From Nemertoderma westbladi (lineage: Eukaryota; Animalia; Xenacoelomorpha): 64,000 nt of DNA. The DNA lies in NCBI GenBank assembly GCA_032718475.1, contig JAUCBJ010004350.1, forward strand, positions 62,001 through 126,000, in the 5' to 3' direction. The notes under the pieces were generated by a model. It did no database searches, was not told the DNA's origin, and worked only from the letters and a program-made list of their open reading frames with translations. The translations under genes were made by a program, and so were the position numbers. The stretch's first letter is position 1, and every line of letters begins with the position of its first letter. Below are positions 48,017-59,715 of this stretch, one piece after another.

Positions 48017-50183
48017 AGTTAGAAATACTTGTCACATCTGCCCTTTTCTATCTGTTTTATCATGCTTCACCACGGTGAACTCAACTGAGGGACAGGATGG
48101 CTGGCTAGACATCGGGCCGCAGCAATGAACGGGAACATCTAGGGAATGTAGACAGGAGACAACCCGCAATATCATCTTAGTTATTCGCCCATCGCCTGAA
48201 AGGTTAGACAGCGTTCGATGCCTTGCTACCTAAGTGTAAGACCAAAGATCAAAGGTAGAGGTAGTGACACGCTGTACGCCTAAAAATTACATCTAGGGAT
48301 TGTACTGTTTTAATTCAGGAAAAAACCGCAGTAGACCTTCATATTCCTACGGGGGGAGAGCAGGCAGAGATACTAGTACGCAGATAGGACGTAGGCACAC
48401 CGGTACAAAGCATACACATTGGTAGGGTGCAGCAAACTGTATGCCTAACTCTTGCTAAGTACAGGTGCGTCTGCGACTATTTGTAGTACAACGGTGTCCA
48501 TTGCATTAGAACTTGTAGGCTAGGAGGGTTACTGTGTTTCACCTGAATTAGGATTGTACCGTTCAGGCGGTAGGGCAGTTTACGACTAGGCGCAAATAAA
48601 TTGAGGCTAATTAGGGATACTAACATCTACCGTGTCCCCGCCGACATCCTGATAGGAAGTTACCAAGCCCACCTAGGTAACCAAAATTCTAGATAGGACG
48701 CCAGGCTAGCTATTAGTAACCGTACGCCTACTGTAGTAAACTAACACATTTCTTCTTAGTATTAGGGACCTGGTAAATTAAAATTGCCGAATTCTGGGCG
48801 TAGCATTAACCTTATGCCTGAATTTGAGTCCTGGAAATACGCAAGAGGGGAAGGAACCTTATTATTCGTGAGTATTGGACCTACAAGTTACAAAATTAGA
48901 ATATTTGTAAAATGCACACCGTACCCAGTAATTATATATATGAAGGAGCAAAACTGATCTTGACGGTTCAGAATTAACACGCGCGCGTTAGAAATTATTT
49001 ACACCTCAAAATATATAAAATTAACTTTTGTCCGTACTGCACTTTGCCCGCTAGTTAGACATCTCCAAATCTCTGCACCTCTAGCTAGCGTCTCTTTCGC
49101 CCAACCATATAAATCACACCGCGGCAAAGTATACGAGCCCCTTAGTCCGTCAGTGAGTCAGCCTGATTTTAGAATTCGCTGCGCGGGATTTTGTTTTATC
49201 GAAGTTTGTCTGCTCGTAGACTGTTTTCTGCCTCACCGGTTATAAGGGACCAATACTGCAATATATTCGCTTACTTGGAGTTTACTGTTTTGGTGAGAAG
49301 GTCGGATTTATGATTTGATTCACAAACTTTACAGTAAGATATTGCAGGTATTGTTACTGTCTCTTCGAATTAGTAGGAATATGTTTTACTGAACTACGGT
49401 TCGGTAGGACTAAAGTTATTTGAAAATTTTGTATTTTGAGGTAAAAGTTTATATTTGATTAGCTAAGTGCTAATATTTTGAAATAAAATTTGATTTGAAC
49501 CGCGCGTAAAATATTTTTTGGAATTGAATACCGGTATTTTAAAAGGGTTTAAATACCATATTGTACCGGTACAACATTTTTCGTAAAAGTAAAACCTAAC
49601 TCTTTTGTTTTTCAGGATTCAGAGCTCATTTCTAGACTGTAACGAGAGCAAGACCGTGTTTAGCAAGTTTGGGAGATAGATAACTCAACAACTTTGGTTG
49701 GGAAAATCGCACTTCGTCCACAACGCTGGAAACGGAAAGGTTCACGTCCGGTTTGTATCTGGGAATCTGTTTTTCTGGAGAATTATTGGAGTGGGTGAGT
49801 TCGAAAAGTTGCATAAATAAGTTAGGCATTACCGTATTAGTTAAAATTATTGTGGGTTCCACTGTCTCAAGTATTTATGCATTCCGTACGATTTCTTTGT
49901 TTATTGCTGAATTAGTCCGTATTATTGTATTTAATTTATATTTTGATAACGCATATCGTTATCCGATTTATTTGTTATAAAATTGGCCGCTAGGCTATTT
50001 TTATTATATACTTATTCCGTGACATTTATTTGTTGTAAAATTGGCCGTTTAGGCTAATTTTATCCATCTGCTATAAAATCGGCCGGTAGGCTAATTTTAT
50101 ATGACCGTAATTAATACCGTTTTATACAAATACGGTAAGTTTGATACTTTGACACTCACTTTACTTGACTTACAACTACCGAA

Positions 50184-53100
50184 ATGAGTGACAAACAAGA
50201 CTATACGAAGAATACACCTACCGACTATGACTCATGTGACGGAGATAAGTCAGCAGCGGAAGAACTACAGGGGAAGACTCGCGAGCCTACCGAACCTACA
50301 CCGTGTGCGTCGCCAGTACATCCAACGGGAGTACCGGATGCCGTAGTACGAGGCGACGGCAGGACCGAGGACTTTCTAACTGTTCCGCAACCTAGATACA
50401 GGGAAACGGACATGGTAAGTTCAGTAGGAAGCCAGGAGAGTGTGGTTAGAAGCGTCGGAGGATACATGGCGCATATTACCAGGAGTATTGGGGAAGGCCA
50501 ACGCATATTAGACGAGTTAACCGCTCCGATGTCTCGATTCGAGTTCTACACCCTCCAGGTTAGAGTACAAAGTAGAGTACATAAGTCCGTAGATAACCTT
50601 ATCAGTCTACAAGATCTAGCTAGACAGAGACAGGATATGGACACTCAGCTTAGAATCCTCGAGAAGTTAACGATTGCCAGGGAGAAACTAATTCAGTTTA
50701 AGTCGACGATTAGGCAGATACAACAGGAACAAGCGGACCAGTTGTTAGGTGAGTCAGTTTCGGACGAATTATTGCAACCCGAGGAAGAACAGGAACTGTA
50801 TAGGCTAGATGGACAATTGAAACACCTGACGGATCACTTACGCATGTGCGGTGAGGACGTCGGAGATTGGGAAACCGTGCCGGAGGCTACGAGGGAAACT
50901 TCACTCGCACAAATCGAACTGGCACCGGGGACACTAGATCAATCACTGGTGAGTATTCGCAGCGAAATTGGCGAGGTGAGTATGGCTACGTCAGAAATTG
51001 CTCGACAACAGCAACTCTACAGACAACAACAGGAGATGGAGGAACAAACTCAACTGCTAATGGCACAAGCAGCAGTACAAGAAGAGAAACTACGGGTTGC
51101 GAATGTTGCAAGAATCTCTCATCTGCAAGAACAAGCCGAGTTGGAAGCAGCCGAGATGGAAAGGTTAGAGTTGGACATTGCACAACAAACGGCAGCAGCA
51201 GCAGCGGCTGAGTTAGAGCGGCGGTGGCAGCGGCAGCGGCTGAGTTAGAGCGACAAGCGGTAGCGGCTGAGTTAGAGCGACAAGCGGCGGCGGCAGCGGC
51301 AGCGGCTGAGTTAGAGCGACAAGCGGTAGTTTCAGAAGCGAGAGCCGAGATGAAAAAACGGCAAATAAAGGCTCAATCAGCTATACGACAAGCGGAGTTC
51401 GAGGCGCAACAACAACAGACGGAACAACGCGAGAAAGAAGTTAAACTTCATTTCGAACTCGGGAAGAAGGCGAGAGAATTAGCCAACGCCAAGGAAGATC
51501 TGGATCTACAAGCCCGCGATCGATCGATGAGATCTCGAGACGGACATGATTTAGACCAGATGGAGGTAAGGCACCGCCAAATCCAGGAACGAATGAAGGA
51601 AGGTTCGATAGGAGCACCTGGACGGGAACGACAATTAGTTAAAGACTTATGTCAAAGATTCCCTCAAGTAACTCCTATGTTTGCACCGATTACGACTAAG
51701 GAACCTGTTTCAATTGCTGGTGGTAGTAATATTTCTCCTATCCATGGTGCGACGGAACACAGGTTTGTTATTCCGGACAAGTTTACACCGCCAAGAGCAA
51801 CGTCATCGCCTATTCCGAAAGTCAAGGTAAGTAACCCGCCGATTACAGATCGTAGTAGTTTGTTGACCGCACCTGCACCACTGACGACTAAACACAAACA
51901 GGTGAGTCCACCTTCGACACCAAAACCCGCCAGAACATACACGTACCCAATGACTTTTAGGCCTACAAGGCCTTTAGATTCAAATGCTGTCATTCGACCA
52001 CCGAACCAGTTTACATCGCAATCTACAACTTCGAGGAAGACTTGTGAGCCTACCGAACAACGGAGACCAGTGGATACGCGACCGTTTAACCAGTTTACAT
52101 CGCAATCTACGACTTTGAGGAAGACTTGTGAGCCTACCGAACAACGGAGACCAGTGGATACGCGACCGTTTAATCAGTTTACATCGCAATCTACGACTTC
52201 GAGGAAGACTTGTGAGCCTACCGAACAACGGAGACCAGTGGATACGCGACCGTTTAATCAGTTTACATCGCAATCTACAACTTCGAGGAAGACTTGTGAG
52301 CCTACCGAACGACGGAAACCAGTAGACGATGTTCCGAAACGGAATGTTAGAATTCGAACGACGCAACGGACACGAGCACATCGACCACCGTATCCAGGTG
52401 ACAGTAGTACTTCAAGCGAGTCGGATTACCCGGAACGCGAGGTATTTAGAACAGGAGCGGCCGACGAATGTAAACGTGAGCGTTCAGACAATTCCTTTAT
52501 CGATAATCCTCCACAAAATACACCAACACAGAAAGCGTTACAACCAACGGACGCAATTAGTACGCAACAACTCGCCGAAATAATGCGCCCAGTTGTAGAC
52601 AAGTTGGCCCAGATAGAGGAACGTTTAGAAGAAACTCAAACTGATAGTTCGCGAGGTAACGAGTTCGAACACTCTAGACACCCGAAGCAGCAAAGAAAAC
52701 AACCCTCGAGAAACACCTCGTATCAAGGAAAAGCGCCAAGACGAGAGAACATCAACTCGCTTGCCAATCAAGGACGCGAACCTTTGAACGTGGCCGAGGA
52801 GATAGCGAAATTCGCAGCGAGACAAGGTTTGCCGGTACAACAACCACCGAAGTTTTCAGGTAACTCGAAACATTGGCACACCTTTGTGGACTACATCGAA
52901 ACACAAATAGCAGCGTGCGCCTTTACATCGAGGGAGAAATTCAACTACCTGCTACAAACGCTGACGGGAGAACCGAAACGTCTAGCGGAAACCTTTGTCG
53001 GTGTACCAGATGCCTTCGAACTAGCGTATGATCGCTTAACTTCGATTTACGGAGGCACGGTGAGTATGGCTAAGTCAGTGATAGAAGAACTCTGTAAGGG

Positions 53101-55212
53101 GGGGGGGGGGCTATAACAAAACCCGTTGACTTACTAAAATTAGCTGAAGAGATTAAGAACGCCATTACTACACTACGCTCGATTGGACAACTTGACTACG
53201 CGAACACTCCGACAGTTCTATTAAAAATAATAGGAAGATTACACCATCGACTTCGTCGGGAGTGGCGAAAGATAGAATATCAGCGAGAAGAGAGAGGCGG
53301 ATTCTTGAAGTTGGAAGACGTCTACTTACTGATATCCAGAGAGGCAGTCGTTGAGACGCGTTCGAACTACACGGACCAACATATCGTGGCGGAGGGGATA
53401 ACATTACCATCCTCGAACCGACAAAACCCCCAAACAACATCCACCAAGATGGTTACTTACGCCACATCGACCGACACCCCACAATTTTCGGACAATAATA
53501 AGGTATCTGCACCAATTGGAACCAAACAGATCCGACAGCAACTGACCACAGACTTTAGCGGGTGCCAATATTGCGAACGACTAGGTAAACGACATACTGG
53601 CCATAAACTGAGAGGTTGTCGACTATTCCGCGAATTGAACTCGGAGGAACCACGATTACAAATACAACCATTGGACTCTTGTTGGCGGTGTACGCTACAT
53701 GGACATGTCCGTAAGGACTGCCCAAATACGGACACCTGTCCTTCTTGTGGACGCAACCACGACGGCTTGCTACATACCGACAGTCATACGCCGACCAAAC
53801 GCTTCACCAGGGAACACCCGGAAGCTGCAGCAAGATGCAACACAGCATACAAGGGTCGAGAGTCGAAAACAACACCGACATTCGTGACGCACATTAGAGA
53901 TTGTTTCTCGGAACAATCAGGGTCGTCAGACGAAGAGTCGGAAGACGACGACGTTTACTTTGATACTGGAGATGAACAACCATCGATTGCGCTTCTGACG
54001 CCTGATCAATTAAAGGGGTTTAGTATAATTCCTGTCAAGATTACTGGCACAAAAGGGAGCAAGAGGATCTACGCTATCCTGGATTCAGCTTCATCTCATA
54101 GCTACGTGGATGAGAAAGTAGCTGATGTTGTGACTGATCTCCGACAAGGTAAGAACGTCAGTTACACCGTAAGTAGTATGCATGGACAACGTGCGATACC
54201 AGTGACAAGTTCTCCCAAAATCGCAACATAGCGAAAAGGAGAGGTCTTTGCTTCCTTTTAGGGATTTAACCTTTGCGGCCACAAAGGACTTTAGTAACCT
54301 ACTAGGTCCAGTGCCAGAACAATCCTTGGAGGACCGTAAGTACTTCAGACACCTTGGTGTACCTGAATGTCCTGTCAATTATAGATCGGTAGCAATGCTG
54401 ATCGGGACAGACCAATTCAACCTACATCAAGTGTGAGAAACCAGACCATCGGCAGTCGTAGCGGGAAACGCATACGCCTGTAGAACGCCGATAGGGTGGT
54501 ATACTCGAGCGCCTGTGCGCACACTGGATATAAGTGACGAGGAAGACGATATACAAAGTACATGTAGTTTATTAACTACAACTTCGACTCATTCCTTTTC
54601 ACACGACGTAGACTATACTACACTACAGTCAAGTTCGACAAAACATGACACGACGTGTGTAGCTAGTATGATAAGTCACAAGGAGCAGCTAATCCACCAG
54701 CGGAGTTTAGAACTTGAGGAGAAGACGAGTCAGCCAGAGATTCCATCGACGACAGATGATAACGCCGGAAGGCTTGCGAGTCTACCTACACCAATAACCT
54801 CAACAATGCCAGTCGATATCGATGATGACGCGTTAAGAAATCATCAAGTGGAACAAGCTGCATTGGACAAAGAATTAACGGAGAAGACTATCAGGTGGTT
54901 AGAACAAGATACAGCCGAACCTGGTAGCTACGAACCATGTATGTCGGAACAAGAGAAACAATCTTTGAAGATCATGGAAGATACTATCCGCCAGACGAAA
55001 GACGGACATTATGAGGTAGGGATGCTATGGCGTAACCAACGTCCTAAACTCATAAATAACTATCCGCTAGCCTTAAGACGTTTACACTCAATACGACAAC
55101 GTCTATTAAAGGACGAGAAAGCCCATCTGCAGTATAATACTCAGATGGAGACGTATTTAACGAAGGGATACGCTATCAGAATGACTAACCCAGAGATAGT
55201 GACTGACCAGAC
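50184..55212 (+). pseudogene. BEL gag and protease region, disrupted
   Basis: Coiled coil, PPKFSGN..W..F..KFNYL capsid-like block, three Cys/His knuckles (e.g. CWRCTLHGHVRKDC, CPSCGRNHDGLLH), protease YAILDSAS; several frameshifts or stops. Confidence 0.85.
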
Positions 55213-58200
55213 TTGCCACATCACTATGTGAGACATCCCGACAAACCAGACAAAGTACGTGTAGTCAATGACTGTGCGGCTCTGTTTGAGGGAATGTCCC
55301 TCAATAGCGAGTTGATGGATGGACCAAACATGAATAATTATCTTATGGGGGTGATTATGCGCTTCCGTCAGCGTCAAGTAGCCTTTACTTGTGACGTCGA
55401 AGCTATGTTTCACCAAGTGAGAGCGTTAGAGCAAGACAGAGACAGTTTGAGGTTCCTCTGGTATCCGGAAGGAGACTTAAGTCTACCACCGGCGACTTAC
55501 CAAATGCAAGTTCGCGTTTTCGGTGCCAGGGACAGCCCAAACTGTACGATGTATGCCCTAAAGCAAGCCGCTAGGGATCAGAAACATATATATGACCCAG
55601 AGATAATTAAGATCGTAGAACGTGACTTTTACGTGGACGATGGTTTACAGAGTTGTGACACAGCAGAACGTGCTATTACAGTAGCACATCAATTACGGGA
55701 CTGCTTAGCGGGCGGAGGTTTTAACCTCACCAAATTCGCCTCAAACAGTGCCGAATTGGTAGACTCATTCGGAACGACTGAGCGTGGAGGTGGTGACATT
55801 GACCTAGAGTTCGAACCACTACCGACGACCAAGGTGTTGGGGCTCTTTTGGGACCCAAACACGGACAACTTTCGAGTGAAGGTGAGACTGGACACTCAAG
55901 AAAACACTCTGACAAAGAGATCCTGCTTGTCAAAATTGAGTCGATTGTTCGATCCATTAGGATTCATCAGTCCAATAATACTGCAAGCCAGAATTTATAT
56001 GCGCAGTATTTGGAAGGATGGACTGACATGGGACGAGCCAATCTCATTAGAACAAGTGGACTTATGGAAAACCTGGGAGGCAGAATTATCTTCGCTAGAG
56101 GATTATTCCATACTCAGAGTGTACTTTCCATTACAAACGACGTTTCCTGACAACCTGGAATTACATTGTTTCTCCGACACCAGTGACAACGGCTTTGGTG
56201 TGGCAGCGTACTTGCGCAGACAAGTAGACTCAGAAGAGTTTGATGTTTCGCTCATTACTTCTAAGGCAAAAACAATGCCTACTAAGTATATGACGACACC
56301 ACGAGCTGAGCTACAAGCCGCAACCCTGTCAACCACAATCGTGAACCTTATACAGACGGAACTACAGTCAAGCTTACAGATATTTTATTGGACTGACGCG
56401 ACGTTGGTTTTATTTTACATAAACAACGACACACTTGAATTCAAGACATTCGTAGCTAACCGTCGCGCAGAAATTCTAGACCGTTCAATAAAGGAAGATT
56501 GGCGACATTGTCCCGGACCACAAAACCCAGCCAATATTGCGTCGCGAGGAATGATGCCTGAGGAATTCTGTAAACCGGAGAACAAAGAATTTTGGCAGCA
56601 CGGACCACAGTTCTTGCAAGGATCAACACTACATTGGCCGCCACTATACGACAACAAGTCTAACACTATCCCTAAAGACGCGGAAATTAAAAAACCAAAG
56701 AAAGGAAAAGCAAAGAAAAGGACGGCGGCTAAACTTAAGAAAAAACCGAAGGCGAAATGGAAGGCGATAACTTCAAAGGTCAAGAACGGAAGACTTGCGA
56801 GCCTTTCTACACCAGACGTATCGCCAGACGATCAACCAGACGCGTTACTAGACGGTCAACCAGACGTTTTGCCAGACATATCACAAAATGTTCTACCAGA
56901 CACTAGTAACATATTGACAAATAGTAAAGCCGCAGTTTCTCTATTGGAGCGGCCTTCTATTGACAAACAACCAGACGCGTTACTAGACGGTCAACCAGAC
57001 GTTTTGCCAGACACGTCACTAGATATTTCGCCGGATGTTCCGCGAAACATTTTACCAGACATGTCACAAAATGTTCTACCAGACACTAGTAACATATTGA
57101 CAAATAGTAAAGCCGCAGTTTCCCTATTGGAGCGGCCTTGTATTGACAAACTACCAAATTTGACACACTTGAGCAACAATAAGCACAGTGAAACCTCATG
57201 TATTACAGATGTGGGTAGTACCTACGCTAATGTAAATACAGGTGTTACTTTGCGCTCAAGAGACATACCAAACTTGCAACCTATGGTGAGACCCGGGATT
57301 AATATCGGCAGAAAAATAAGTTTACCGAAACCCAGTGACCCCATAGAGTTCAAACCACCATTAACGATCGACTTACAAAGTACTGACAACCAAGGTAAGA
57401 AAACAAAGAAGGACAAATTACTTGTGGACCCGGACGGATCAACAGTCAACAAGGGAATACCTACCGGCGGACCCGTGGGCCCTTCTAGTAAATCAAAACC
57501 TTCCAAATTCTCCATTGACTTACCTGATGACGTCACAAATACTTACGTCGACCGTATTGTAAACTTAACAGATTCTTGGACAAACGCTTGCCGAAAATTA
57601 GCGTGGATTGTACGTTTTGTACAATACGTTAAAGGCAAACGCGACTTTACACGTCGACTTACATTGACTGAGATTGACAGGTGTGAAATTAAATTAATTC
57701 GCCATTACCAACTGCGATATTTCGCACGCGAATTCACATCTATAAATCAAGGTCAACCAATCAAGTCGTCACCAATATTGAGTTGGAGTCCGATAATTTA
57801 TAATGGCTTAATTTGTCATAAATCTCGGCTTCAAAATATTGACTTTAATACTGACTTTAGGTACCCAATAATAATACCGCAACATCACGAATTACAGCGT
57901 GCAATGATACTGGACGCACATTTACATCTGAAACACGCTGGAAGACACCACTGTCTTTCCTACTTACGTACAAGATTTGTACTAATTAGACCCAGTAAAG
58001 CGTTAAGTTCAGTGACACGTACGTGTATTATTTGTAAAAAGGTACACTCTAGAATAGGTACCCAAGAAATGAGTGAACTTCCACAAGCACGACTTCAAGC
58101 ATTCAGACCACCTTTTACAGAGACTGGAATTGATTGCTTTGGTCCCATACATACGAAACGTGGACGTATACTAGTAAAACGCTGGGGACTGATTTTCACA

Positions 58201-59055
58201 TGTATGTCCAGTAGGGCAGTTCATATTGAACGTGTGATGGATCTTTCCACCAACGCGTTTATACTAGCATTGCGGCGATTTATCGCTAGACGCGGACTAG
58301 TGAAATGCTTGTACTCAGACCAAGGGACAAACTTTGTTGGTGCCCGAAATGAAATTGCTAGAGCCTTTAGGAAATTAGATCATGATCAAATCTCAAACGA
58401 ACTACGTCCTTACAAGATTGTTTGGAAGTTTAATCCTCCAGATAGTCCATGGAGAGGCGGAGTCTGGGAGAGATTGATTAGATCTATAAAAACAGCCATG
58501 GCAAAAGTAATTCCAGTAAACCACATTTTGACAGACGACCAACTGACAACACTGTTTGTTGAAATCGAGGCAATACTAAATACTAGACCAATAGTATTAG
58601 TACCCGATGACAAACAATCCCAGTTTGCTTTAACACCGGCACACCTGCTTATGCAGGCACCGACTACTTTGACGCCTATTTCTTTTCCAACAGAAGGCGA
58701 TAGCTACGGTAGAAAAGCGTGGAAAATCACGCAACTACTAGCTAACAAATTCTGGGAAATATGGCAAAACCATTATTTGCCCTCTATTTCTGCCAGAACA
58801 ACATGGTACAATAACACCCGCGCATTAAAGCCGGGAGATCACGTGCTGTTAGCGGAAGTGAATCTAAAAAGACGCTTCTGGATAACAGGTGTAATTTTAG
58901 CCACACATCCATCTATGGATGGAGTGACAAGAACTGTGACGGTACGGACAATTGACGGTCGTACAGTAGACGGACCGACTCAACGTCTCGTACTTCTTGA
59001 AGAGACTCGTAACGAGTCTGGAGACTACAAATCTCCAACAAATGTTAGTAAATAA
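55213..59055 (+). CDS. pol: BEL pol: reverse transcriptase, RNase H, integrase
   Basis: DVEAMFHQV, FYVDD, LHCFSD..GVAAYLR, H..HAG..C..C, GIDCFGP, SDQGTNF, PWRGGVWERL. Confidence 0.93.
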   Translation: MPHHYVRHPDKPDKVRVVNDCAALFEGMSLNSELMDGPNMNNYLMGVIMRFRQRQVAFTCDVEAMFHQVRALEQDRDSLRFLWYPEGDLSLPPATYQMQVRVFGARDSPNCTMYALKQAARDQKHIYDPEIIKIVERDFYVDDGLQSCDTAERAITVAHQLRDCLAGGGFNLTKFASNSAELVDSFGTTERGGGDIDLEFEPLPTTKVLGLFWDPNTDNFRVKVRLDTQENTLTKRSCLSKLSRLFDPLGFISPIILQARIYMRSIWKDGLTWDEPISLEQVDLWKTWEAELSSLEDYSILRVYFPLQTTFPDNLELHCFSDTSDNGFGVAAYLRRQVDSEEFDVSLITSKAKTMPTKYMTTPRAELQAATLSTTIVNLIQTELQSSLQIFYWTDATLVLFYINNDTLEFKTFVANRRAEILDRSIKEDWRHCPGPQNPANIASRGMMPEEFCKPENKEFWQHGPQFLQGSTLHWPPLYDNKSNTIPKDAEIKKPKKGKAKKRTAAKLKKKPKAKWKAITSKVKNGRLASLSTPDVSPDDQPDALLDGQPDVLPDISQNVLPDTSNILTNSKAAVSLLERPSIDKQPDALLDGQPDVLPDTSLDISPDVPRNILPDMSQNVLPDTSNILTNSKAAVSLLERPCIDKLPNLTHLSNNKHSETSCITDVGSTYANVNTGVTLRSRDIPNLQPMVRPGINIGRKISLPKPSDPIEFKPPLTIDLQSTDNQGKKTKKDKLLVDPDGSTVNKGIPTGGPVGPSSKSKPSKFSIDLPDDVTNTYVDRIVNLTDSWTNACRKLAWIVRFVQYVKGKRDFTRRLTLTEIDRCEIKLIRHYQLRYFAREFTSINQGQPIKSSPILSWSPIIYNGLICHKSRLQNIDFNTDFRYPIIIPQHHELQRAMILDAHLHLKHAGRHHCLSYLRTRFVLIRPSKALSSVTRTCIICKKVHSRIGTQEMSELPQARLQAFRPPFTETGIDCFGPIHTKRGRILVKRWGLIFTCMSSRAVHIERVMDLSTNAFILALRRFIARRGLVKCLYSDQGTNFVGARNEIARAFRKLDHDQISNELRPYKIVWKFNPPDSPWRGGVWERLIRSIKTAMAKVIPVNHILTDDQLTTLFVEIEAILNTRPIVLVPDDKQSQFALTPAHLLMQAPTTLTPISFPTEGDSYGRKAWKITQLLANKFWEIWQNHYLPSISARTTWYNNTRALKPGDHVLLAEVNLKRRFWITGVILATHPSMDGVTRTVTVRTIDGRTVDGPTQRLVLLEETRNESGDYKSPTNVSK

Positions 59056-59715
59056 TTAGGAGTTTACAAATAGATTTCCACATACCTGTACACCATAGTA
59101 AGGACAGCGGTAGAATTCCATTGTCTTTATATGTGAACATTGAGGGTAGTACCCTTATGTGTCACATAGGAGCGGGATTTGTAGGTATAAGAAATGGAAT
59201 TCTACTTGGAACTCACAATATTGAGACATTTTCGAAATTTTAGACAATCCATTTGGATTTGAAAATTTTTAAAATTTTCTCCAGTGAATAGATTTCAGGG
59301 TACAGTCGGGTGGAACTTAAAATTAGAGAAACAAGAGAGGAAGACTTGCGAGCCTTTCTTAAAATTTTAATTAAATTTTACACGGTCTTGTTTCAATAAG
59401 TTACGTCAATAAATAGACTTCCCTATATTTATTACTAATTCTTGACTGCTTATTTTCTGATAATAGTTTGGGATCAAAAGTGAGTATTTTAGACTCACAG
59501 CCAGTTTAGCCCAAATTCGTTTTTATTTCGGCAAAAATTTTAGATAAGAAGCAGCGTGTCATTAAAGAAACCCTAGATCTTAGGCTATGGGTAGGAGGTT
59601 AGAGCATTGTCGAGCCAAAAGGGCAGACGAAAACTCTCACGTCTCCTCACAACTAACAATAAACTCTGTTGTATTCCCTCTAGTAGCAATGATTATGTAA
59701 CCATTACTTCCAATA

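Larger units (their letters stand above)
47460..49372 (+). repeat. 5' LTR
   Basis: TATAG...GAATTA; near-identical to 62023-63932. Confidence 0.95.

Noticed and set aside
48640-48670. CTGATAGG as a hammerhead core or HCV-like IRES domain
   Set aside because: Not CTGANGA, and no supporting stems could be built by eye.
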